Origin: Eledone cirrhosa
Lineage: Eukaryota
Assembly: GCA_964016885.1 (NCBI GenBank)
Contig: OZ024740.1
Location: 251,286,001 to 251,350,000, forward strand
DNA: 64,000 bases
Direction of reading: 5' to 3'
The notes below the pieces were generated by a model. That model saw nothing but the letters and a program-made list of their open reading frames with translations. It was not told the DNA's origin and ran no database searches. Positions 26,501-39,400 of the stretch are shown piece by piece. A program made the translations under genes and the position numbers. Each line of letters begins with the position of its first letter. Position 1 is the stretch's first letter.

Positions 26501-29500
26501 TTATCTCCCCCTGATTTTTTTTTACAAATTATCTCCCCCTGATTTTTTTTACAAATTATCTCCCCCTGATTTTTTTTACAAATTATCTCCCCCTGATTTT
26601 TTTTTACAAATTATCTCCCCCTGATTTTTTTTACAATCTCCGCCTGATTTTTTAAAAAATTATCTTCCCTTGGCTGGCGGGAAATTATCTCCCCTTGAAC
26701 GGCTGGAAATTATCTCCCCTTGGACGGCTAGAAATTATCTCTCTTTGGACGGCTGGAAATTATCTCCCCTTGATTTTTTTTACAAATTATCTCCCCCTGA
26801 TTTTTTTTACAAATTATCCCCGCATGATTTTTAAAAAAAAAATTATCTCCCCTTCGCTGGCTGGAAATTATCTCCCCTTGGACGCTGGAAATTATAGCCC
26901 CTTGGAGGGCTGGAAATTATCTTCCCTTGGACGGCTGGAAATTATCTCCCCTTAATTTTTTTTACAAATTATCTCCCCCTGATTTTTTTTTACAAATTAT
27001 CTCCCCCTGATTTTTTTTTACAAATTATCTCCCCCTGATTTTTTTTTTTACAAATTATCTCCGCCTGATTTTTAAAAAAAAATTATCTCCCCTTGGACGG
27101 CTGGAAATTATCTCCCCTTGGACGGCTGGAAATTATCTCCCCTTGGACGGCTAGAAATTACCTCTCCTTGGACGGCTGAAAATTATCTCCCCTTGGACGG
27201 CTGCAAATTATCTCCCCTTGATTTTTTTTACAAATTATCTCCCCCTGATTTTTTTTACAAATTATCTCCCCCTGATTTTTTTTACAAATTATCTCCCCCT
27301 GATTTTTTTTTACAAATTATCTCCCCCTGATTTTTTTTTACAAATTATCTCCCCCTGATTTTTTTTACAAATTATCTCCCCCTGATTTTTTTTACAACTT
27401 ATCTCCCCCTGATTTTTTTTTACAAATTATCTCCCCTTGATTTTTTTTTACAAATTATCTCCCCCTGATTTTTTTTTTACAAATTATCTCCCCCTGATTT
27501 TTTTTAAAATTATCTTCCCTTGGCTGGCGGGAAATTATCTCCCCTTGGACGGCTGGAAATTATCTCCCCTTGGAAGGATGTAAATTATCTCCCCTTGGAC
27601 GGCTGGAAATTATCTCCCCTTGCACGGCTGGAAATTATCTCCCCTTGATTTTTTTTACAAATTATCTCCCCCTGATTTTTTTTTACAAATTATCTCCCCC
27701 TGATTTTTTTTTACAAATTATCTCCCCCTGATTTTTTTTACAAATTATCTCCCCCTGATTTTAAAAAAAAAAATTATCTCCCCTTCGCTGGCTGGAAATT
27801 ATCTCCCCTTGGACGCTGGAAATTATAGCCCCTTGGAGGGCTGGAAATTATCTTCCCTTGGACGGCTGGAAATTATCTTCCCTTGGACGGCTGGAAATTA
27901 TCTCCCCTTGATTTTTTTTACAAATTATCTCCCCCTGATTTTTTTTTACAAATTATCTCCCTCTGATTTTTTTTTACAAATTATCTCCCCCTGATTTTTT
28001 TTTTACAAATTATCTCCCCCTGATTTTTTTACAAATTATCTCCCCCTGATTTTTTTTACAATCTCCGCCTGATTTTTTAAAAAATTATCTTCCCTTGGCT
28101 GGCGGGAAATTATCTCCCCTTGGACGGCTGGAAATTATCTCCCCTTGGACGGCTAGAAATTATCTCTCTTTGGACGGCTGGAAATTATCTCCCCTTGATT
28201 TTTTTTACAACTTATCTCCGCCTGATTTTTTTTAAAAAATCATCTCCCCTTGGACGGCTGGAAATTATCTCCCCTTGGACGGCTGGTATTATCTCTCCTT
28301 GGACGGCTAGAAATTACCTCTCCTTGGATAATTGAAAATTATCTCCCCTTGGACGGCTGGAAATTATCTCCCCTTGATTTTTTTTACAAATTATCTCCCA
28401 CTGATTTTTTTTACAAATTATCTCCCCTGATTTTTTTTTACAAATTATCTCCCCCTGATTTTTTTTTACAAATTATCTCCCCCTGATTTTTTTTACAAAT
28501 TATCTCCCCCTGATTTTTTTACAAATTATCTCCCCTTGGCTGGCTGGAAATTATCTCCCCTTGGAGGCAGGAATTTATCTCCCCTTGGACGGCTAGAAAT
28601 TACCTCTCCTTGGACGGCTGGAAAATATGTCTCCTTGGACGGCTGGAAATTATCTCCCCTTGGACGGCTGGAAATTATCTCCCCTTGGACGGCTGGAAAT
28701 TATCTCCCCTTGGACGGCTAGAAATTACCTCTCCTTGGACGGCTGAAAATTATCTCCCCTTGGACGGCTGGAAATTATCTCCCCCTGATTTTTTTTACAA
28801 ATTATCTCCCCCTGATTTTTTTTACAAATTATCTCCGCCTGATTTTTTTAAATATTATCTCTCCTTGGCTGGCGGGAAATTATCTCCCCTTGGACGGCTG
28901 CAAATTATCTCCGCTTGATTTTTTTTACAAATTATCTTCCCCTGATTTTTTTTTACAAATTATCTCCCCCTGATTTTTTTTACAAATTATCTCCCCTGAT
29001 TTTTTTTTACAAATTATCTCCCCCTGATTTTTTTTTACAAATTATCTCCCCCTGATTTTTTTTTACAAATTATCTCCCCCTGATTTTTTTACAAATTATC
29101 TCCCCCTGATTTTTTTTACAATCTCCGCCTGATTTTTTTAAAAATTATCTTCCCTTGGCTGGCGGGAAATTATCTCCCCTTGGACGGCTGGAAATTATCT
29201 CCCCTTGGAAGGATGGAAATTATCTCCCCTTGGACGGCTGGAAATTATCTCCCCTTGCACGGCTGGAAATTATCTCCCCTTGGCTGGAAATTATCTCCCC
29301 TTGGACGGCTAGAAATTATCTCTCTTTGGATGGCTGGAAATTATCTCCCTTTGATTTTTTTTACAAATTATCTCCCTCTGATTTTTTTTACAAATCTCCC
29401 CCTGATTTTTTTTTACAAATTATCTCCCCCTGATTTTTTTTACAAACTATCGCCCCTGATTTTTTTACAAATTATCTCCCCTTGGCTGGCTGGAAATTAT

Positions 29501-31900
29501 CTCCCCTTGGAGGCTGGAATTTATCTCCCCTTGGACGGCTGGAAATTACCTCTCCTTGGACGGCTGAAAATTATCTCCCCTTGGACGGCTGGAAATTATC
29601 TCCCCTTGATTTTTTTACAAATTATCTCCCCCTGATTTTTTTTTTACAAATTATCTCCCCCTGATTTTTTTTACAAATTATCTACGCCTGATTTTTTTAA
29701 ATATTATCTCTCCTTGGCTGGCGGGAAATTATCTCCCCTTGGAAGGATGGAAATTATCTCCCCTTGGACGGCTGGAAATTATCTCCCCTTGCACTGCTGG
29801 AAATTATCTCCCCTTGGACGGCTGGAAATTATCTGCCCTTGATTTTGTTTTTACAAATTATCTTCCCCTGATTATTTTTACAAATTATCTCCACCTGATT
29901 TTTTAAAAAATAATCTCCCCTTGGACGGCTGGAAATTATCTCCCCTTGGCTGGAAATTATCTCCCCTTGGACGGCTAGAAATTATCTCTCTTTGGACGGC
30001 TGGAAATTATCTCCCCTTGATTTTTTTTACAAATTATCTCCCCCTGATTTTTTTTACAAATTATCTCCCCATGATTTTTAAAAAAAAAATTATCTCCCCT
30101 TCGCTGGCTGGAAATTATCTCCCCTTGGACGCTGGAAATTATAGCCCCTTGGAGGGCTGGAAATTATCTTCCCTTGGACGGCTGGAAATTATCTCCCCTT
30201 GATTTTTTTTACAAATTATCTCCCCCTGATTTTTTTTTACAAATTATCTCCCCCTGATTTTTTTTTTACAAATTATCTCCGCCTGATTTTTTTAAAAAAA
30301 TTATCTCCCCTTGGACGGCTGGAAATTATCTCCCCTTGGACGGCTGGAAATTATCTCCCCTTGGACGGCTAGAAATTACCTCTCCTTGGACGGCTGAAAA
30401 TTATCTCCCCTTGGACGGCTGCAAATTATCTCCCCTTGATTTTTTTTACAAATTATCCCCCCATGATTTTTAAAAAAAAAATTATCTCCCCTTCGCTGGC
30501 TGGAAATTATCTCCCCTTGGACGCTGGAAATTATAGCCCCTTGGAGGGCTGGAAATTATCTTCCCTTGGACGGCTGGAAATTATCTCCCCTTGATTTTTT
30601 TTACAAATTATCTCCCCCTGATTTTTTTTTACAAATTATCTCCCACTGATTTTTTTTTACAAATTATCTCCTCCTGATTTTTTTTTTACAAATTATCTCC
30701 GCCTGATTTTTTAAAAAAAATTATCTCCCCTTGGACGGCTGGAAATTATCTCCCCTTGGACGGCTGGAAATTATCTCCCCTTGGACGGCTAGAAATTACC
30801 TCTCCTTGGACGGCTGAAAATTATCTCCCCTTGGACGGCTGCAAATTATCTCCCCTTGATTTTTTTTACAAATTATCTCCCCCTGATTTTTTTTACAAAT
30901 TATCTCCCCCTGATTTTTTTTACAAATTATCTCCCCCTGATTTTTTTTTACAAATTATCTCCCCCTGATTTTTTTTTACAAATTATCTCCCCCTGATTTT
31001 TTTTACAAATTATCTCCCCCTGATTTTTTTTACAAATTATCTCCCCCTGATTTTTTTTACAATCTCCGCCTGATTTTTTAAAAAATTATCTTCCCTTGGC
31101 TGGCGGGAAATTATCTCCCCTTGGACGGCTGGAAATTATCTCCCCTTGGACGGCTAGAAATTATCTCTCTTTGGACGGCTGGAAATTATCTCCCCTTGAT
31201 TTTTTTTACAAATTATCTCCCCCTGATTTTTTTTACAAATTATCCCCGCATGATTTTTAAAAAAAAAATTATCTCCCCTTCGCTGGCTGGAAATTATCTC
31301 CCCTTGGACGCTGGAAATTATAGCCCCTTGGAGGGCTGGAAATTATCTTCCCTTGGACGGCTGGAAATTATCTCCCCTTGATTTTTTTTACAAATTATCT
31401 CCCCCTGATTTTTTTTTACAAATTATCTCCCCCTGATTTTTTTTTACAAATTATCTCCCCCTGATTTTTTTTTTTACAAATTATCTCCGCCTGATTTTTA
31501 AAAAAAAATTATCTCCCCTTGGACGGCTGGAAATTATCTCCCCTTGGACGGCTGGAAATTATCTCCCCTTGGACGGCTAGAAATTACCTCTCCTTGGACG
31601 GCTGAAAATTATCTCCCCTTGGACGGCTGCAAATTATCTCCCCTTGATTTTTTTTACAAATTATCTCCCCCTGATTTTTTTTACAAATTATCTCCCCCTG
31701 ATTTTTTTTACAAATTATCTCCCCCTGATTTTTTTTTACAAATTATCTCCCCCTGATTTTTTTTTACAAATTATCTCCCCCTGATTTTTTTTACAAATTA
31801 TCTCCCCCTGATTTTTTTTACAAATTATCTCCCCCGGATTTTTTTTAATAAATTATCTCCCCTTGATTTTTTTTTACAAATTATCTCCGCCTGATTTTTT
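23600..31900 (+). repeat. Older ~4.4-4.6-kb internal duplication within unit H (about 23.6-27.4 kb vs 28.2-31.9 kb)
   Basis: Offsets 4608 (23928/28536), 4526 (24629/29155) and 4426 (25495/29921 to 27118/31544). Paralogous markers GGACAATTGA vs GGATAATTGA; both begin with ACAACTT...AAATCATC. Confidence 0.83.
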
Positions 31901-33448
31901 TTTTACAAATTATCTTCCCCTGATTTTTTTACAAATTATCTCCCCCTGATTTTTTTTACAAATTATCTCCGCCTGATTTTTTTTTTACAAATTATCTTCC
32001 CCTGATTTTTTTAAAAATTATCTTCCCTTGGCTGGCGGGAAATTATCTCCCCTTGGACGGCTGGAAATTATCTCCCCTTGGAAGGATGGAAATTATCTCC
32101 CCTTGGACGGCTGGAAATTATCTCCCCTTGCACGGCTGGAAATTATCTCCCCTTGGCTGGAAATTATCTCCCCTTGGACGGCTAGAAATTATCTCTCTTT
32201 GGATGGCTGGAAATTATCTCCCTTTGATTTTTTTTACAAATTATCTCCCTCTGATTTTTTTTACAAATCTCCCCCTGATTTTTTTTTACAAATTATCTCC
32301 CCCTGATTTTTTTTACAAACTATCGCCCCTGATTTTTTTACAAATTATCTCCCCTTGGCTGGCTGGAAATTATCTCCCCTTGGAGGCTGGAATTTATCTC
32401 CCCTTGGACGGCTAGAAATTACCTCTCCTTGGACGGCTGGAAAATATGTCTCCTTGGACGGCTGGAAATTATCTCCCCTTGGACGGCTGGAAATTACCTC
32501 TCCTTGGACGGCTGAAAATTATCTCCCCTTGGACGGCTGGAAATTATCTCCCCTTGATTTTTTTACAAATTATCTCCCCCTGATTTTTTTTACAATCTCC
32601 GCCTGATTTTTTAAAAAATTATCTTCCCTTGGCTGGCGGGAAATTATCTCCCCTTGGACGGCTGGAAATTATCTCCCCTTGGACGGCTAGAAATTATCTC
32701 TCTTTGGACGGCTGGAAATTATCTCCCCTTGATTTTTTTTACAAATTATCTCCCCCTGATTTTTTTTACAAATTATCCCCGCATGATTTTTAAAAAAAAA
32801 ATTATCTCCCCTTCGCTGGCTGGAAATTATCTCCCCTTGGACGCTGGAAATTATAGCCCCTTGGAGGGCTGGAAATTATCTTCCCTTGGACGGCTGGAAA
32901 TTATCTCCCCTTGATTTTTTTTACAAATTATCTCCCCCTGATTTTTTTTTACAAATTATCTCCCCCTGATTTTTTTTTTTACAAATTATCTCCGCCTGAT
33001 TTTTAAAAAAAAATTATCTCCCCTTGGACGGCTGGAAATTATCTCCCCTTGGACGGCTGGAAATTATCTCCCCTTGGACGGCTAGAAATTACCTCTCCTT
33101 GGACGGCTGAAAATTATCTCCCATTGGACGGCTGCAAATTATCTCCCCTTGATTTTTTTTACAAATTATCTCCCGCTGATTTTTTTTACAAATTATCTCC
33201 CCCTGATTTTTTTTACAAATTATCTCCCCCTGATTTTTTTTTACAAATTATCTCCCCCTGATTTTTTTTTACAAATTATCTCCCCCTGATTTTTTTTACA
33301 AATTATCTCCCCCTGATTTTTTTTACAAATTATCTCCCCCTGATTTTTTTTTACAAATTATCTCCCCTTGATTTTTTTTTACAAATTATCTCCCCCTGAT
33401 TTTTTTTTTACAAATTATCTCCCCCTGATTTTTTTACAAATTATCTCC

Positions 33449-36400
33449 CCCTGATTTTTTTACAAATTATCTCCCCTTGGCTGGCTGGAAATTATCTCCC
33501 CTTGGAGGCTGGAATTTATCTCCCCTTGGACGGCTGGAAATTACCTCTCCTTGGACGGCTGAAAATTATCTCCCCTTGGACGGCTGGAAATTATCTCCCC
33601 TTGATTTTTTTACAAATTATCTCCCCCTGATTTTTTTTTTACAAATTATCTCCCCCTGATTTTTTTTACAAATTATCTACGCCTGATTTTTTTAAATATT
33701 ATCTCTCCTTGGCTGGCGGGAAATTATCTCCCCTTGGAAGGATGGAAATTATCTCCCCTTGGACGGCTGGAAATTATCTCCCCTTGCACTGCTGGAAATT
33801 ATCTCCCCTTGGACGGCTGGAAATTATCTGCCCTTGATTTTGTTTTTACAAATTATCTTCCCCTGATTATTTTTACAAATTATCTCCACCTGATTTTTTA
33901 AAAAATTATCTCCCCTTGGACGGCTGGAAATTATCTCCCCTTGGCTGGAAATTATCTCCCCTTGGACGGCTAGAAATTATCTCTCTTTGGACGGCTGGAA
34001 ATTATCTCCCCTTGATTTTTTTTACAAATTATCTCCCCCTGATTTTTTTTACAAATTATCTCCCCATGATTTTTAAAAAAAAAATTATCTCCCCTTCGCT
34101 GGCTGGAAATTATCTCCCCTTGGACGCTGGAAATTATAGCCCCTTGGAGGGCTGGAAATTATCTTCCCTTGGACGGCTGGAAATTATCTCCCCTTGATTT
34201 TTTTTACAAATTATCTCCCCCTGATTTTTTTTTACAAATTATCTCCCCCTGATTTTTTTTTTACAAATTATCTCCGCCTGATTTTTTTAAAAAAATTATC
34301 TCCCCTTGGACGGCTGGAAATTATCTCCCCTTGGACGGCTGGAAATTATCTCCCCTTGGACGGCTAGAAATTACCTCTCCTTGGACGGCTGAAAATTATC
34401 TCCCCTTGGACGGCTGCAAATTATCTCCCCTTGATTTTTTTTACAAATTATCCCCCCATGATTTAAAAAAAAAAAATTATCTCCCCTTCGCTGGCTGGAA
34501 ATTATCTCCCCTTGGACGCTGGAAATTATAGCCCCTTGGAGGGCTGGAAATTATCTTCCCTTGGACGGCTGGAAATTATCTCCCCTTGATTTTTTTTACA
34601 AATTATCTCCCCCTGATTTTTTTTTACAAATTATCAACCACTGATTTTTTTTTACAAATTATCTCCCCCTGATTTTTTTTTTACAAATTATCTCCGCCTG
34701 ATTTTTTAAAAAAAATTATCTCCCCTTGGACGGCTGGAAATTATCTCCCCTTGGACGGCTGGAAATTATCTCCCCTTGGACGGCTAGAAATTACCTCTCC
34801 TTGGACGGCTGAAAATTATCTCCCCTTGGACGGCTGCAAATTATCTCCCCTTGATTTTTTTTACAAATTATCTCCCCCTGATTTTTTTTACAAATTATCT
34901 CCCCCTGATTTTTTTTACAAATTATCTCCCCCTGATTTTTTTTTACAAATTATCTCCCCCTGATTTTTTTTTACAAATTATCTCCCCCTGATTTTTTTTA
35001 CAAATTATCTCCCCCTGATTTTTTTTACAAATTATCTCCCCCTGATTTTTTTTACAATCTCCGCCTGATTTTTTAAAAAATTATCTTCCCTTGGCTGGCG
35101 GGAAATTATCTCCCCTTGGACGGCTGGAAATTATCTCCCCTTGGACGGCTAGAAATTATCTCTCTTTGGACGGCTGGAAATTATCTCCCCTTGATTTTTT
35201 TTACAAATTATCTCCCCCTGATTTTTTTTACAAATTATCCCCGCATGATTTTTAAAAAAAAAATTATCTCCCCTTCGCTGGCTGGAAATTATCTCCCCTT
35301 GGACGCTGGAAATTATAGCCCCTTGGAGGGCTGGAAATTATCTTCCCTTGGACGGCTGGAAATTATCTCCCCTTGATTTTTTTTACAAATTATCTCCCCC
35401 TGATTTTTTTTTACAAATTATCTCCCCCTGATTTTTTTTTACAAATTATCTCCCCCTGATTTTTTTTTTTACAAATTATCTCCGCCTGATTTTTAAAAAA
35501 AAATTATCTCCCCTTGGACGGCTGGAAATTATCTCCCCTTGGACGGCTGGAAATTATCTCCCCTTGGACGGCTGGAAATTATCTCCCCTTGGACGGCTAG
35601 AAATTACCTCTCCTTGGACGGCTGAAAATTATCTCCCCTTGGACGGCTGCAAATTATCTCCCCTTGATTTTTTTTACAAATTATCTCCCCCTGATTTTTT
35701 TTACAAATTATCTCCCCCTGATTTTTTTTACAAATTATCTCCCCCTGATTTTTTTTTACAAATTATCTTCCCCTGATTTTTTTTTACAAATTATCTCCCC
35801 CTGATTTTTTTTACAAATTATCTCCCCCTGATTTTTTTTACAAATTATCTCCCCCTGATTTTTTTTAATAAATTATCTCCCCTTGATTTTTTTTTACAAA
35901 TTATCTCCCCCTGATTTTTTTTTTACAAATTATCTCCCCCTGATTTTTTTACAAATTATCTCCCCCTGATTTTTTTTACAAATTATCTCCCCCTGATTTT
36001 TTTTACAAATTATCTCCCCTTGATTTTTTTTTACAAATTATCTCCCCCTGATTTTTTTTTTACAAATTATCTCCCCCTGATTTTTTTAAAAATTATCTTC
36101 CCTTGGCTTGCGGGAAATTATCTCCCCTTGGACGGCTGGAAATTATCTCCCCTTGGAAGGATGTAAATTATCTCCCCTTGGACGGCTGGAAATTATCTCC
36201 CCTTGCACGGCTGGAAATTATCTCCCCTTGATTTTTTTTACAAATTATCTCCCCCTGATTTTTTTTTACAAATTATCTCCCCCTGATTTTTTTTTACAAA
36301 TTATCTCCCCCTGATTTTTTTTACAAATTATCTCCCCCTGATTTAAAAAAAAAAAATTATCTCCCCTTCGCTGGCTGGAAATTATCTCCCCTTGGACGCT

Positions 36401-39400
36401 GGAAATTATAGCCCCTTGGAGGGCTGGAAATTATCTTCCCTTGGACGGCTGGAAATTATCTTCCCTTGGACGGCTGGAAATTATCTCCCCTTGATTTTTT
36501 TTACAAATTATCTCCCCCTGATTTTTTTTTACAAATTATCTCCCCCTGATTTTTTTTTACAAATTATCTCCCCCTGATTTTTTTTTTACAAATTATCTCC
36601 GCTTGATTTTTTAAAAAAAATTATCTCCCCTTGGACGGCTGGAAATTATCTCCCCTTGGACGGCTGGAAATTATCTCCCCTTGGACGGCTAGAAATTATC
36701 TCTCCTTGGACGGCTGAAAATTATCTCCCCTTGGACGGCTGCAAATTATCTCCCCTTGATTTTTTTTACAAATTATCTCCCCCTGATTTTTTTTTACAAA
36801 TTATCTCCCCCTCATTTTTTTTACAAATTATCTACCCCTGATTTTTTTTACAAATTATCTCCCCCTGATTTTTTTTTACAAATTATCTCCCCCTGATTTT
36901 TTTTTACAAATTATCTCCCCCTGATTTTTTTTTTACAAATTATCTCCCCCTGATTTTTTTACAAATTATCTCCCCCTGATTTTTTTTACAATCTCCGCCT
37001 GATTTTTTTAAAAATTATCTTCCCTTGGCTGGCGGGAAATTATCTCCCCTTGGACGGCTGGAAATTATCTCCCCTTGGAAGGATGGAAATTATCTCCCCT
37101 TGGACGGCTGGAAATTATCTCCCCTTGCACGGCTGGAAATTATCTCCCCTTGGCTGCAAATTATCTCCCCTTGGACGGCTAGAAATTATCTCTCTTTGGA
37201 TGGCTGGAAATTATCTCCCTTTGATTTTTTTTACAAATTATCTCCCTCTGATTTTTTTTACAAATCTCCCCCTGATTTTTTTTTACAAATTATCTCCCCC
37301 TGATTTTTTTTACAAACTATCGCCCCTGATTTTTTTACAAATTATCTCCCCTTGGCTGGCTGGAAATTATCTCCCCTTGGAGGCTGGAATTTATCTCCCC
37401 TTGGACGGCTAGAAATTACCTCTCCTTGGACGGCTGGAAAATATGTCTCCTTGGACGGCTGGAAATTATCTCCCCTTGGACGGCTGGAAATTACCTCTCC
37501 TTGGACGGCTGAAAATTATCTCCCCTTGGACGGCTGGAAATTATCTCCCCTTGATTTTTTTACAAATTATCTCCCCCTGATTTTTTTTACAATCTCCGCC
37601 TGATTTTTTAAAAAATTATCTTCCCTTGGCTGGCGGGAAATTATCTCCCCTTGGACGGCTGGAAATTATCTCCCCTTGGACGGCTAGAAATTATCTCTCT
37701 TTGGACGGCTGGAAATTATCTCCCCTTGATTTTTTTTACAAATTATCTCCCCCTGATTTTTTTTACAAATTATCCCCGCATGATTTTTAAAAAAAAAATT
37801 ATCTCCCCTTCGCTGGCTGGAAATTATCTCCCCTTGGACGCTGGAAATTATAGCCCCTTGGAGGGCTGGAAATTATCTTCCCTTGGACGGCTGGAAATTA
37901 TCTCCCCTTGATTTTTTTTACAAATTATCTCCCCCTGATTTTTTTTTACAAATTATCTCCCCCTGATTTTTTTTTACAAATTATCTCCCCCTGATTTTTT
38001 TTTTTACAAATTATCTCCGCCTGATTTTTAAAAAAAAATTATCTCCCCTTGGACGGCTGGAAATTATCTCCCCTTGGACGGCTGGAAATTATCTCCCCTT
38101 GGACGGCTAGAAATTACCTCTCCTTGGACGGCTGAAAATTATCTCCCATTGGACGGCTGCAAATTATCTCCCCTTGATTTTTTTTACAAATTATCTCCCG
38201 CTGATTTTTTTTACAAATTATCTCCCCCTGATTTTTTTTACAAATTATCTCCCCCTGATTTTTTTTTACAAATTATCTCCCCCTGATTTTTTTTTACAAA
38301 TTATCTCCCCCTGATTTTTTTTACAAATTATCTCCCCCTGATTTTTTTTACAAATTATCTCCCCCTGATTTTTTTTTACAAATTATCTCCCCTTGATTTT
38401 TTTTTACAAATTATCTCCCCCTGATTTTTTTTTTACAAATTATCTCCCCCTGATTTTTTTACAAATTATCTCCCCCTGATTTTTTTTACAAATTATCTCC
38501 CCCTGATTTTTTTTACAAATTATCTCCCCTTGATTTTTTTTTACAAATTATCTCCCCCTGATTTTTTTTTTACAAATTATCTCCCCCTGATTTTTTTAAA
38601 AATTATCTTCCCTTGGCTGGCGGGAAATTATCTCCCCTTGGACGGCTGGAAATTATCTCCCCTTGGAAGGATGTAAATTATCTCCCCTTGGACGGCTGGA
38701 AATTATCTCCCCTTGCACGGCTGGAAATTATCTCCCCTTGATTTTTTTTACAAATTATCTCCCCCTGATTTTTTTTTACAAATTATCTCCCCCTGATTTT
38801 TTTTTACAAATTATCTCCCCCTGATTTTTTTTACAAATTATCTCCCCCTGATTTAAAAAAAAAAAATTATCTCCTCTTCGCTGGCTGGAAATTATCTCCC
38901 CTTGGACGCTGGAAATTATAGCCCCTTGGAGGGCTGGAAATTATCTTCCCTTGGACGGCTGGAAATTATCTTCCCTTGGACGGCTGGAAATTATCTCCCC
39001 TTGATTTTTTTTACAAATTATCTCCCCCTGATTTTTTTTTACAAATTATCTCCCCCTGATTTTTTTTTACAAATTATCTCCCCCTGATTTTTTTTTTACA
39101 AATTATCTCCGCTTGATTTTTAAAAAAAAATTATCTCCCCTTGGACGGCTGGAAATTATCTCCCCTTGGACGGCTGGAAATTATCTCCCCTTGGACGGCT
39201 AGAAATTATCTCTCCTTGGACGGCTGAAAATTATCTCCCCTTGGACGGCTGCAAATTATCTCCCCTTGATTTTTTTTTACAAATTATCTCCCCCTGATTT
39301 TTTTTTTACAAATTATCTCCCCCTGATTTTTTTACAAATTATCTCCCCCTGATTTTTTTTACAAATTATCTCCCCCTGATTTTTTTTACAAATTATCTCC

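Larger units (their letters stand above)
12977..33448 (+). repeat. Copy 1 (20,472 bp) of a near-identical ~20.5-kb tandem duplication
   Basis: Offset 20472 for all ORFs from 13005/33477 to 27118/47590, then 20638 from 27809/48447 to 33049/53687. Shared private variants: ATCAACCAC 14161/34633, GGCTTGCG 15633/36105, CCCCGGA ~31832/52470. Confidence 0.93.
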
